Assembly: GCA_035546035.1 (NCBI GenBank)
Contig: DASZXC010000008.1
Coordinates: 5,202-69,201, forward strand
DNA: 64,000 nucleotides
Direction: 5' to 3'
From: Minisyncoccota bacterium
GTDB taxonomy: Bacteria; Patescibacteriota; Minisyncoccia; Phycocordibacterales; UBA6065
Shown here: one piece after another, positions 27,839-37,401 of the stretch
How positions within the stretch are numbered: position 1 is the first letter of the stretch
How the letters are laid out: every line of letters begins with the position of its first letter
Notes under the pieces: model-generated
The model's input: the letters and a program-made list of their open reading frames with translations, nothing else
Told to the model about the DNA's origin: nothing
The model's database searches: none
Position numbers and translations under genes: made by a program

Positions 27839-30800
27839 TTAGCGGCGCAAAGCTATGCGAAACGAGTATTCTTCCACCTTCATTTCTTCAGCCTGCGGGA
27901 GATGGGCATGCTCTATGCCCGTGACGAGCGTTATCCTCTTTATATCGTGAAGGAACGCATGCGCGAGCTCTTTGCCCTTCTCATCCGAATCAAGGGCAAG
28001 GGAGACCTTGTCGTCCACGGTCAGATTCTCTTTCTTGCGAAGCTCCTGGACCGAGCGTATGAGGTCTCGGATCACGCCCTCCTTGCGGAGCCCTTCAGTC
28101 ACGTCCGTATCGAGAGCCGTTTCAGCGGCTATCGTATGGTCCACGCCGACGGCTTTGACGTTCACTTCGTCTTTGATGAGGTCGATGAGGTCGGCGCCCA
28201 GCGAGGCGTTCTTGATGACCAGCTTGGCGAGAGGCTGGCGGACCTTGATGTTCGCCTTCGATCGTTCCTGGAGAGCGATCGTCACGATCTTCCGCGTCTC
28301 TTCCATCGCCTTCACGATTTTTCCATCGACGGAGGCTTCTGCCGGCCAATCTGCGAGGTGTACGCTTTCGGGATCGTTCGAACGCCTGATACGGCTGAAG
28401 AGATAGTCGGCGTAGAAAGGAATGAAGGGCGCGGCTATTTTCGCGAATTCGGCGAGGACGAATCGGGTCGTGGAAAGAGCCGCCTCTTTGTCGGCGCGGT
28501 TGTCAGATTTGAATCGGTCGCGCGATCGGCGCAGGTACCACGTCGAAAGGTCGTCTACGAACGACATCAACGGTCGCGCGGCCTTATCGAGCTGATAGAA
28601 ATCGAGATATTCGGTCATCTCGTTTCTTGTCTCATTGAGGCGCGCGCGTATCCAGAGGTCAAGAACGCTCTTTGAATCGGTTCTCGATGCCTTTTCGCTC
28701 TCTCCCCTGTTCGCGTACATCTCATAGAAAGCGAGGACGTTGTCGAGGCGCTGGATGAGCTTCTTGGACACTTCGTCTACGCCTTTTTCAGAGAAGCAGA
28801 GGTCCTGAGCGGCCACGACCGGAGAGGAAAGCAGATAATAGCGGAGAGAGTCGGCGCCATATTTGCCGATGACTTCGAGCGGGTCGGGATAGTTATTGAG
28901 GCGCTTGGACATCTTCTCGCCGTCTTCAGCCAAGATGATGCCGTTCACGACGACGTTCTTGTACGGGCTCTTTCCGAAGAGACCGACGCCGAGGACCATC
29001 ATGGAATAGAACCAGCCGCGAGTCTGGTCTAGGCCTTCGGCGATGAAATCGGCGGGATAGCCCTTTACGCCGCCCAAAAGACCTCCAAGCCTGCCGTTCG
29101 GATCGAAATGCTCCAAAGCCTTGCCGCGATAGTTCGATTCGCCGTACGGCATCGAGCCCGATTCGAACCAACAGTCGAATACTTCCGCTACGCGGACAAG
29201 CTTTTCGCCGTCCGGCGCGACGCATTCGACCGTATCTATATACGGCCTATGGAGGTCGAGATCGAATCCCCTGTTATGCGGCAAGCGAACAAAGTCGAAC
29301 GGATGGCATTCGCCCGTTTTTTGGAAATAGCGGCGCTCGTCGTGGAGGATCTTGTCCTCGGACGCGGTCTCGCCTATCCCATGAAGGATCGTGTTCAGAG
29401 GCGAGCCGTGGCTCACGATGAGGATCTTCTTGCCCGAATATTTTCTATCTATATCGAACATCGCTTCGAAGACGCGCTTCTTCAAATCCACCGGCGTTTC
29501 CATACCCGGGAAGAGCCCGTGCGTGCGGACGTGACGATCCGTCTCGGCCCACAGCTTGCCTTCCCTGTCGGGACCGACGTTGTATTCGCGGAGGCGGACG
29601 TCATAGACGATCTCGTTCTCCGGTATGCCGCAGGCATCGGCTATCATGCGCGCCGTCTCTTTGGTGCGCTCGAAATCGGACGCGACGATGACGTCGACGC
29701 CTTGCGCGGCGATCTTTTTGGCGGCTTCAGCGATCTGCTGTCTGCCCTTTTCGGTGAGGCCGTAATTTTTGGAGAGACTTATGTTCGAATTCGAAACGCC
29801 GAGAGCGTTCGCCTTCGATTCGCCGTGGCGGATGAGCGTATATGAATTGCCTGATCGCTGTATGAGCTTCGCCAGATCGGATATACCCCCGATCGGATAG
29901 AGCTTGCCCGAATCGACTCCCTTCCAGACAGGGATAGGGGCGCCCCAGAAGCGCGAGCGCGATATGGCCCAGTCGCGGGCGCCTTCGAGCCATTTGCCGA
30001 AGCGCCCGTCGCGGATATCGTCCGGCGTCCAAGAGACTTTTTTGTTCGCAGCGACGAGCTTGTCCTTGAACAACGTGACGCGGACGAACCACGATGACGC
30101 AGCGTAATTGAGGAGCGGCGTGTCGCAGCGCCAGCAGTGGGGGTACGAGTGGACGATCTTCTTCTTGTCGAAGAGAAGGCCGTGATGAGCGAGCCATTTG
30201 ACAATCTCGATATCGGTCTTCTGATGACCGTCCTTTTCATCAGACTTGGGCTTGACCGGCTGACCCGCGAAATCGGCGACTTCCGGCTTGAACGTTCCGT
30301 TCATAGCCACGTGCTGGATGAAAGGCAGGTCGTTCGCCTGGCCGAGCTTCATGTCATCGTCGCCGAACGCCGGCGCTATATGCACGATGCCGGTACCGTC
30401 TTCGGTCGTGACGAAATCGGCGGCATATACCTTGAATCCGTTCTTTTCATCCTTGAGAGAGCCGTCGAGATAGTATGAGAACGCCGGCTCGTATCCGTCG
30501 CCGACGAGCTCGCGGCCCTTTATGACGGAGACGAGCGCGTGCTCCTTGCCCGCGAATACGTCGGCGACGCGGTCGCGCGCGACGATATATGTCGCATTCT
30601 CGTACGATACGCGGGCGTAATCGATATCAGCGCCTACGGCCAAGGCGACGTTTCCGGGAAGCGTCCACGGCGTCGTGGTCCAGGCGATGAAGTATTCATT
30701 CGGAGGAGTCCCCTTCCTCTTCATTTTGACGAATACGGATATGTCGGTGATGTCCTTGTATCCCTGATTCACCTCGAAATTGGCGAGCGTCGTCTCGCAT

Positions 30801-31363
30801 CGCGGACATATCTGCATAGACTTGAAGCCTTCGTAGACGAGACCTTTGTCGAAGAGCGTCTTGAACGCCCACCAGACGGACTGGGTGTATGCCGCGTCCA
30901 TGGTGCGATAGTCGTCATCCATGTCTACCCAGCGGCCGATGCGGGGTATGATCTTTCTCCAGTCATGGGCGTATCGAAGGACGCTCTCTTCCGCCACGGC
31001 ATTGAATCTCTCCATGCCGTAATCGACGATGTCTTTTCGCGATCTGAGGCCGAGCTCCTTTTCGACCAAGTTCTCTACCGGCAGGCCGTGACAGTCCCAG
31101 CCCCAGCGCCGCGCGACATGATACCCGCGCATAGTCTTGTAGCGCGGAACGGCGTCTTTGATGAACGAAGCCAGCATGTGGCCGTAATGTGGAAGGCCGT
31201 TCGCGAACGGCGGGCCGTCATAAAAGACGAATTCCTTGCCTTTTTTGTCGAGAGATTTCTGGAAGATCTCCTTTTCGTTCCAAAAAGAAAGTATCTTTTC
31301 CTCTATTTCGACCAGTTTGGTCTTCGGCTTGGTTTCCGGTTGGGTTTTGGGAGCGTCTGCCAT
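27839..31363 (-). CDS. ileS: Isoleucyl-tRNA synthetase (type 2) with an inserted histidine-phosphatase-like domain
   Basis: 1174 aa. PHYGH, WAISRSRFWGAPIPVW and KMSKR motifs are present. Confidence 0.9.
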   Translation of the reverse strand: MADAPKTQPETKPKTKLVEIEEKILSFWNEKEIFQKSLDKKGKEFVFYDGPPFANGLPHYGHMLASFIKDAVPRYKTMRGYHVARRWGWDCHGLPVENLVEKELGLRSRKDIVDYGMERFNAVAEESVLRYAHDWRKIIPRIGRWVDMDDDYRTMDAAYTQSVWWAFKTLFDKGLVYEGFKSMQICPRCETTLANFEVNQGYKDITDISVFVKMKRKGTPPNEYFIAWTTTPWTLPGNVALAVGADIDYARVSYENATYIVARDRVADVFAGKEHALVSVIKGRELVGDGYEPAFSYYLDGSLKDEKNGFKVYAADFVTTEDGTGIVHIAPAFGDDDMKLGQANDLPFIQHVAMNGTFKPEVADFAGQPVKPKSDEKDGHQKTDIEIVKWLAHHGLLFDKKKIVHSYPHCWRCDTPLLNYAASSWFVRVTLFKDKLVAANKKVSWTPDDIRDGRFGKWLEGARDWAISRSRFWGAPIPVWKGVDSGKLYPIGGISDLAKLIQRSGNSYTLIRHGESKANALGVSNSNISLSKNYGLTEKGRQQIAEAAKKIAAQGVDVIVASDFERTKETARMIADACGIPENEIVYDVRLREYNVGPDREGKLWAETDRHVRTHGLFPGMETPVDLKKRVFEAMFDIDRKYSGKKILIVSHGSPLNTILHGIGETASEDKILHDERRYFQKTGECHPFDFVRLPHNRGFDLDLHRPYIDTVECVAPDGEKLVRVAEVFDCWFESGSMPYGESNYRGKALEHFDPNGRLGGLLGGVKGYPADFIAEGLDQTRGWFYSMMVLGVGLFGKSPYKNVVVNGIILAEDGEKMSKRLNNYPDPLEVIGKYGADSLRYYLLSSPVVAAQDLCFSEKGVDEVSKKLIQRLDNVLAFYEMYANRGESEKASRTDSKSVLDLWIRARLNETRNEMTEYLDFYQLDKAARPLMSFVDDLSTWYLRRSRDRFKSDNRADKEAALSTTRFVLAEFAKIAAPFIPFYADYLFSRIRRSNDPESVHLADWPAEASVDGKIVKAMEETRKIVTIALQERSKANIKVRQPLAKLVIKNASLGADLIDLIKDEVNVKAVGVDHTIAAETALDTDVTEGLRKEGVIRDLIRSVQELRKKENLTVDDKVSLALDSDEKGKELAHAFLHDIKRITLVTGIEHAHLPQAEEMKVEEYSFRIALRR

Positions 31364-31417
31364 ACGTGGCCTTCAGAGTATCAATTTTCAGGGATTTTTG
31401 AAAGAAAAAGGTCCCGC

Positions 31418-31969
31418 CTATGCGGAACCCTTGTATCGGACCATTATCGCGTCCGAGAGAAGCAGCTTATCGTCGAGAGGAGTGCTTATTTTTCGGAGGA
31501 ACAGCTTCCCTCTTTCGAGCGACAAGACTGCCGCGAACGCTCCTGACTGATTGAGCTGGTCGCGGCCATAAGCGACGATCCTGTGAAAGCGGAGGAACCT
31601 CCTGAGCGCGGCGCGATTGGCGAGATAGACGCCGAGGAGCTCGCGAACCGTCGCGTATTCCCGCGGAGACCTGATCGGGACGACGATCTCGTCGGTGCCG
31701 GGCATGGCCGTGAAGAGCCTATAGCGCGAATACTCGGAATATCCTCCCGATTTCTCGAAATCCTGGCGGATCCAGGCCTTAAGATATTCATCCGGATCTT
31801 CGACGCCGGACTGATCGAGGAGCGCCGGAAAATTATCGGTTCTTGGATTGACGCTCTGGTATTCCCGGGCGGCTTTCGCCTTTAAAGCTCTATCGAGCAG
31901 CTCTCCGACGTTATGAAAGGAATCTTGAGCGGAAGAATGTAAAGAGATCATATTCCCTTCCATTCTCAT
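31418..31969 (-). CDS. Hypothetical protein
   Basis: 183-aa ORF between argS and ileS on the same strand. No family recognised. Confidence 0.4.
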   Translation of the reverse strand: MRMEGNMISLHSSAQDSFHNVGELLDRALKAKAAREYQSVNPRTDNFPALLDQSGVEDPDEYLKAWIRQDFEKSGGYSEYSRYRLFTAMPGTDEIVVPIRSPREYATVRELLGVYLANRAALRRFLRFHRIVAYGRDQLNQSGAFAAVLSLERGKLFLRKISTPLDDKLLLSDAIMVRYKGSA

Positions 31970-31989
31970 CTTGAAGGGATAAAAGTCAA

Positions 31990-33711
31990 CTACATCCTCT
32001 CCGGCACCTTCATGCCGAGGAGCTTCGCGCCGTTCACGAGCACGATGCGTACGGCCTGGGTCAGAGCGACCTTGTACGGCGATTCGCCGTCATCTTTGCC
32101 GACGATAGGCACGTTCGCATACCAGGAATTGAATACCGACGAGAGCTCGATGAGATACGTCGCGATGTGGTGCGGCGCCTCTTCGCGCGCCGATCGGCCG
32201 ACGACTTCAGGGAATCGGGCAAGCGCCTTTTCGAGAGGACCGACAATGACTCCCTTTCTTTCGATCCTCGGTTTCACGCCCTCTTTCTTCGCTTTATCCA
32301 AAACGGATTGAGCGCGGACGGCGGTATAGAGGAGATACGGGCCCGAATCGCCTTCGAACGATATGGACTTATCAAAATCATAGATGATATCCGACGACGT
32401 GACCTGTCGCAGGATCGAATATTTGATGGCGGCGACGGCGACGGCCTCGGTCGCCTCGGCCTTTTGCTTGTCGGTCATTTCGCGGGCCGCGAGCTTTTCC
32501 GTGACCATCTTTTCGACGTCGGCGATGAGCGACTCGCCCGTGATGACGTTGCCCTTTCGCGACGACATCTTGCCTTCGGCGAAGCGGAGCATGCCGTGGG
32601 CGATGTGCTTGGTTACCCGGGCGGCTTCAGGCTCGATGATCTCGAGCGCCTTCAGGACGACGCGGAAATAATCGCTCTGCTCGTTCGCGGTGATGATGAT
32701 AGACTCGTCAGGCCTGACCTTCTTCCATTTTTTGGTATTGAGGCCGAGCTCTTTCGTTTCATACGTCGGAATGCCCTGCGAGTTTATGAATACGCGGGTG
32801 TGGAGCTTTGGATCGTATCTCTCGCCCTTAAATACCGTCGCGCCGTCAGATTTTTCGAATACGCCTTTGCCCAGCCACTCTTCGACGAGCGCCACGCCGT
32901 CATGCGCGACCTCGGATTCGAGATAGAAATAGTCGAATTTGGTGCCGAGCTTTTCATATATGCCGTCGAAATGATCGAGGCTCCATTTCTTGCCGAGCTT
33001 ATAGAGCTTCATGAGCTTGCGCTCCTTTCCTTCGAAGACTTTCTTGTTGATCGCTTCGATCACCTCTTTTGCCGCGGGATCGTCTTCGAACGCGCGCGAG
33101 CCTTCGACGTATGAAGCGCCGAGGAATGCGATGCGCTCCTCTAGAGGAGCGCGCTTCGATGGCATACTCGCCTCGTTCTTCTGCATCGCCCAAAGAGCCT
33201 TGGCTACGTGCATGCCGAAATCGCCCTGATAGCACATGCGGCGGATCTTGGCGCCCTGCGACGCAGTGAGGCGCGCGATCGATTCGCCGATAGCGTTCGA
33301 CATGAGGTGACCGATATGGAATTCCTTGAACGGATTCGGATCGGTGTATTCGATGAGCACTTTCCTGCCTCTCCATTCGTTCGAATTGCCGTAGAGATCT
33401 TTACGCTTGAGTATCGTTTCGAGCTCTTTCGTATAGAAACTCGACGCCAAATAGAAATTGACGAAGCCGGGACCGGCGACGTCTATCCTTTCGACCGATT
33501 CGATGTGCTGGGCGCGCAAAGCCTCTGCGAGCTTCATGCCGAGCTCGCGCGGATTCTGTTTGGCCTGCTTCGCGAGAGCCATCGCCACGTTCGTCGCAAA
33601 ATCGCCGTTCGCGGCGTCGGCAGGATGCTCGATGACGATCTCGCCGGCGGACATGCCGAGAGATTTCAGAGCGCCCTCTATTCCCGTCCGTATCTTAGTC
33701 TCTATATCCAT
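31990..33711 (-). CDS. argS: Arginyl-tRNA synthetase
   Basis: 573 aa. ArgRS N-terminal domain, HIGH (FHIGHL) and a KMSK-like region. Confidence 0.9.
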   Translation of the reverse strand: MDIETKIRTGIEGALKSLGMSAGEIVIEHPADAANGDFATNVAMALAKQAKQNPRELGMKLAEALRAQHIESVERIDVAGPGFVNFYLASSFYTKELETILKRKDLYGNSNEWRGRKVLIEYTDPNPFKEFHIGHLMSNAIGESIARLTASQGAKIRRMCYQGDFGMHVAKALWAMQKNEASMPSKRAPLEERIAFLGASYVEGSRAFEDDPAAKEVIEAINKKVFEGKERKLMKLYKLGKKWSLDHFDGIYEKLGTKFDYFYLESEVAHDGVALVEEWLGKGVFEKSDGATVFKGERYDPKLHTRVFINSQGIPTYETKELGLNTKKWKKVRPDESIIITANEQSDYFRVVLKALEIIEPEAARVTKHIAHGMLRFAEGKMSSRKGNVITGESLIADVEKMVTEKLAAREMTDKQKAEATEAVAVAAIKYSILRQVTSSDIIYDFDKSISFEGDSGPYLLYTAVRAQSVLDKAKKEGVKPRIERKGVIVGPLEKALARFPEVVGRSAREEAPHHIATYLIELSSVFNSWYANVPIVGKDDGESPYKVALTQAVRIVLVNGAKLLGMKVPERM

Positions 33712-33712
33712 A

Positions 33713-34147
33713 TTATTTTCCGGTGCTTCCGAAGCCTCGCTCGCCGCGCGCGGATTCGGAGAGCCCGCCTTCCTTCACTTCCTTGAACTCAACCTCTTCA
33801 TACGAATGGATGATCATCTGCGCTACCTTGTCGCCCGGCTCGAATATATGGGTCTCTTTGCCGAGATTCATGACGCCGACCTTTACTTCGCCCCTGTAGC
33901 CCGAATCTATTACGTTTCCATATGTGATGATACCGTGTTTGAACGAAAGGCCCGATTTTTCATATATGATCCCGACGCAACCCTTTGGAATCTCCATTTT
34001 GAGCCCCGTATTGATGGAAGCGCGTTCCATAGGCGCGAGCGTGATCTTTTCGCCTACGTAAAGGTCGAAGCCCGCATCGCCCGGAAGCGCGTATCGAGGC
34101 ACCGGCACGCCCTCGCGCATGAGGATTATTTTGAGGGTCTTTTTCAT
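33713..34147 (-). CDS. dut: dUTP diphosphatase
   Basis: 144 aa with dUTPase motifs (GDAGFDL, IDSGYRGEV, RGERGFGSTG). Confidence 0.9.
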   Translation of the reverse strand: MKKTLKIILMREGVPVPRYALPGDAGFDLYVGEKITLAPMERASINTGLKMEIPKGCVGIIYEKSGLSFKHGIITYGNVIDSGYRGEVKVGVMNLGKETHIFEPGDKVAQMIIHSYEEVEFKEVKEGGLSESARGERGFGSTGK

Positions 34148-34848
34148 TATTTCAGTATATAGGACGAGAGCATCGAATCAACCTCCGCGAAGACTTCGTC
34201 TTTCGAGCGATTCGCGTCAACGAACCTGACCTCTCCGGGGAAAAGCTTTCCGAAGGTTCGATACGCTTTCATGACTCGCTCGTGAAAATCGCGCTTACGC
34301 TCGTCGAAATGGTTTATCTCGCCCTTTCGTGCGGCAACGCGGCGGGCGCCTTCCTTCGGATCGACTTCTAGGATTATATGAAGATCGGGACGGATATTTT
34401 TATACACGGCCTTTCGCACTGCGAAGAAAAGTTTTTTGACGTTATATCCGCCCTCCTGCCCGCCTATCTGATAGCCCCATGACGTCGAATCGGATCGGTC
34501 GGTGACGAAATGTCTTCCGGAAGCGATGACCTCCTCGGCTTTTCTTGCCATATGATCGGCGCGACCGGCGGATACGAGCAGGAATTGCGTGATCGCATTG
34601 GCTTCTTTCGCATATTTCGACTGGAGCATCACGGCGCGAATCTCTTCAGCATACGGCGTGCCGCCAGGCTCTCGCGAGAATTCGATCGCGGGATATTTTC
34701 CCTTGAGCCTCTCTATGACCGTGCCCTTTCCCGATCCTTCGCCTCCGTCTATAACGATGAAATAGCCTTCCGAGGGATCATGCCTCTTGAATGCCTTGGA
34801 TATGGCGTTCGTTAAAAAGACTTTCGAGTAGAGAAACGCCGTTCTCAT
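34147..34848 (-). CDS. tmk: Thymidylate kinase
   Basis: 233 aa. P-loop IDGGEGSGKGT. REPGGT. An N-terminal extension of about 30 aa. Confidence 0.8.
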   Translation of the reverse strand: MRTAFLYSKVFLTNAISKAFKRHDPSEGYFIVIDGGEGSGKGTVIERLKGKYPAIEFSREPGGTPYAEEIRAVMLQSKYAKEANAITQFLLVSAGRADHMARKAEEVIASGRHFVTDRSDSTSWGYQIGGQEGGYNVKKLFFAVRKAVYKNIRPDLHIILEVDPKEGARRVAARKGEINHFDERKRDFHERVMKAYRTFGKLFPGEVRFVDANRSKDEVFAEVDSMLSSYILK

Positions 34849-34849
34849 G

Positions 34850-36019
34850 TTATTTCGCCCGCAAGACCCTATCTATCTGCTTCGCGAGGACGATCATGTC
34901 TTTCTCTTTCTTGCCGCGCGTGGTCTCACCAGCAGTACCGAGTCTGATACCTGATGGATCAACAGGCGGTCGCGCATCGAACGGAATGGCGTTCTTGTTC
35001 ACGATTATGCCGGCCTTTTCGAGCTTATCGGACGCTTCCCTGCCGCTGACACCCTGTGATGCCACGTCGAGAAGTATCAGATGGCTGTCAGTGCCGCCTG
35101 AAATGACCCTCCAGCCGAGCTTTACGAGCTCTGCAGCCAGCGTCCGCGCGTTTTTAATGACTTGCGCGGCATATTTTTTGAATGCGGGAGACGCAGCTTC
35201 TCTCAGGGCCACGGCGATGGCGGCCGTCTGATTCATATGAGGGCCGCCCTGGAGACCCGGGAATATAGCCTTGTCTATCTTCTTGTTGAGCTCGCGGGCG
35301 TCCTTTTTCGCGAAGACGAGAGCGCCGCGCGGGCCGCGGAGCGTCTTATGGGTCGTGGTCGTGACAATGTCGGCAAACGGGAATGGCGACGGATATGCCT
35401 TGCCCGCGACGAGACCCGCGATATGGGACATGTCGACCATGAGATATGCGCCGCACGCATCGGCGATCTCGCGAAATCTCTTCCAGTCGACGATACGCGG
35501 ATACGCCGTGAAGCCGGCGATGATCATCTTCGGCTTTTCGCGCAGAGCGATATCGCGCAACTCCGCATAGTCGAGGACTTCGGTTTCTTTCGAAACGCCA
35601 TATGGCACCTGGGTCCAGAATTTGCCCGTGGCAGAGACTTTATGGCCGTGAGTCAGATGTCCGCCTTGATCCAAAGACATGCCCATGACCTTTTCTCCTT
35701 TTTCCAAAAGCGCGACGTATACAGAGAGATTCGCCGGCGAACCGGATAATGCCTGCGTGTTTACATGCCATTCCTCCGGGTTAAGGCCGAATAACTTGAG
35801 AGCACGTTCAGCGGCCATGTCCTCTACCTTATCCACGATCGCATTGCCGCCGTAATAGCGCTTACCCGAATAACCTTCGGCATATTTATTCGTGAGCTCG
35901 GAACCGAGAGCGTCGAGTACGTCCTTCGACACATAGTTCTCCGACGCGATGAGATTGACGACCGATTTCTGCCTCTTCTGCTCCGCCTTGATCAGCTTTT
36001 CTGCCTGTTTGTCTTTCAT
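34850..36019 (-). CDS. glyA: Serine hydroxymethyltransferase
   Basis: 389 aa. LIASENY. The PLP-lysine region THKTLRGPRG. Confidence 0.95.
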   Translation of the reverse strand: MKDKQAEKLIKAEQKRQKSVVNLIASENYVSKDVLDALGSELTNKYAEGYSGKRYYGGNAIVDKVEDMAAERALKLFGLNPEEWHVNTQALSGSPANLSVYVALLEKGEKVMGMSLDQGGHLTHGHKVSATGKFWTQVPYGVSKETEVLDYAELRDIALREKPKMIIAGFTAYPRIVDWKRFREIADACGAYLMVDMSHIAGLVAGKAYPSPFPFADIVTTTTHKTLRGPRGALVFAKKDARELNKKIDKAIFPGLQGGPHMNQTAAIAVALREAASPAFKKYAAQVIKNARTLAAELVKLGWRVISGGTDSHLILLDVASQGVSGREASDKLEKAGIIVNKNAIPFDARPPVDPSGIRLGTAGETTRGKKEKDMIVLAKQIDRVLRAK

Positions 36020-36045
36020 AAGCCCATTCTATTACAATAAGCAGC

Positions 36046-37341
36046 ATGAGAGAAATCATCATCGTAGACGACCTTTCACCGGAGCCTGGAGCGATGGTGC
36101 AAGCGCTTTATTCCCGCGATCCCCGCAGCGTCAAAGACCATTTGGTCCAAGTCCGCGAGAAAGGCGCCGAGAAATTCATGTCATCGTATTACGTCGGCTA
36201 TGGGCACAAGTCCATCGGCGACTGCGGCACGACGTCTATATTCGCCGAGAACGTTTCGATGCTCGTCGCCAAGGCTATCCAGGATTGGCCTTTGTATAAC
36301 GGCCAGGAAGCCTCGACGCGATATCTCGATATGGCTGCGCAAGAAGTCGTCGATCCTGTCGGCACCCCTGACAGCAAGGCTATCCAGGACGAATGGATGC
36401 GATTCTATCGCTATGCCCTCGACAAGCTCGTGCCTGTCCTGAAACAGCGCTTCCCTATCCAGCCCGAACAGAAGGAGACAGTATATGAGAAAGCGGTCAA
36501 AGCTCGCGCATTCGACATCGCCCGCGGCTTCCTGCCTGCCGGCGTAACGACGTACGCCGCATGGCACACCAACCTCCGCCAGGCATACGATCACATCAAA
36601 GAGATGCGCCACCATCCATTGGCCGAAGTGCGCGAGACTGCCGCTTTGATCCATGACGAGCTCAAGAAAAAATATGCGTCGAGCTTCTCCCACAAGGAAT
36701 ATCCGATGGAAGAAGCATATGTCGAGGAGAGCATGAGGCAATTCGCGTTCTTCGACGATGCGGAAGCTGTCAAAGGGTTCTCATATGACGCGCGCATGCT
36801 CGACCTGAACGGCCTCGCAAAGCACCAGAAGCTCCTCGCCGAGAGGCCTGCGAAGGCAGAATTGCATCAGCGCATGCGCCAGTACGGCAATATAGTATTC
36901 GCTTTCCCTCTCGATTTCGGCTCGTACCGCGACCTTCAGCGCCACCGAAGCTGCATCCAGGAGATGCCCCTTCTCTCTACCCGTCACGGCTTCTATCCGT
37001 GGTATCTCGAACAGCTCCCTGAAGACCTGCGCGGCGAAGCCGTAAAGGTATTAAAGGAACAGGAAGATCGCATCGCGAGACTCGATGCGACGCCCGAGAT
37101 CAGGCAATATTACATCGCCATGGGATACACCGTTGCCGTAAAGATGACCGCGCCGCTTCCCGCAGCCGTCTATACCGCCGAATTACGCTCGTCGGACACC
37201 GTACACCCGACGCTTCGCGTCCAAGCGCAGAGGATGGGTGACGCGATCAAGGAAGCCGTTCCCGGCATCGCCATGCATCACGATCTGACGCCTGGCACCT
37301 GGAACATCAAGCGCGGCAATCACGATATCGTGAAGAAATAA
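36046..37341 (+). CDS. thyX: FAD-dependent thymidylate synthase ThyX-like, tandem duplication of two ThyX-like domains
   Basis: 431 aa. Domain 1 (about aa 1-212) has the ThyX-like ...NGQEASTRY block, but DWP sits where RHR is expected. Domain 2 (about aa 213-431) has RHR (aa 298-300, DLQRHRSCIQ) with a divergent downstream motif. Confidence 0.55.
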   Translation: MREIIIVDDLSPEPGAMVQALYSRDPRSVKDHLVQVREKGAEKFMSSYYVGYGHKSIGDCGTTSIFAENVSMLVAKAIQDWPLYNGQEASTRYLDMAAQEVVDPVGTPDSKAIQDEWMRFYRYALDKLVPVLKQRFPIQPEQKETVYEKAVKARAFDIARGFLPAGVTTYAAWHTNLRQAYDHIKEMRHHPLAEVRETAALIHDELKKKYASSFSHKEYPMEEAYVEESMRQFAFFDDAEAVKGFSYDARMLDLNGLAKHQKLLAERPAKAELHQRMRQYGNIVFAFPLDFGSYRDLQRHRSCIQEMPLLSTRHGFYPWYLEQLPEDLRGEAVKVLKEQEDRIARLDATPEIRQYYIAMGYTVAVKMTAPLPAAVYTAELRSSDTVHPTLRVQAQRMGDAIKEAVPGIAMHHDLTPGTWNIKRGNHDIVKK

Positions 37342-37387
37342 TTGACTGGATTCAAAGCCTCCTGTAGGGTGCAGTGAGAATTAAACC

Positions 37388-37395
37388 AAAGGAGG
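37388..37395 (+). promoter_or_regulatory. Shine-Dalgarno (aaaggagg) 6 nt upstream of ATG at 37402
   Basis: Direct reading of the sequence. Confidence 0.5.
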
Positions 37396-37401
37396 TTTGA
37401 A

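Noticed and set aside
29279-29911. Intein explanation for the IleRS insertion
   Set aside because: No Cys/Ser at the N-terminal junction and no His-Asn plus Cys/Ser/Thr at the C-terminal junction. The insert has hydrolase (RHG phosphatase) motifs rather than Hint or endonuclease motifs.
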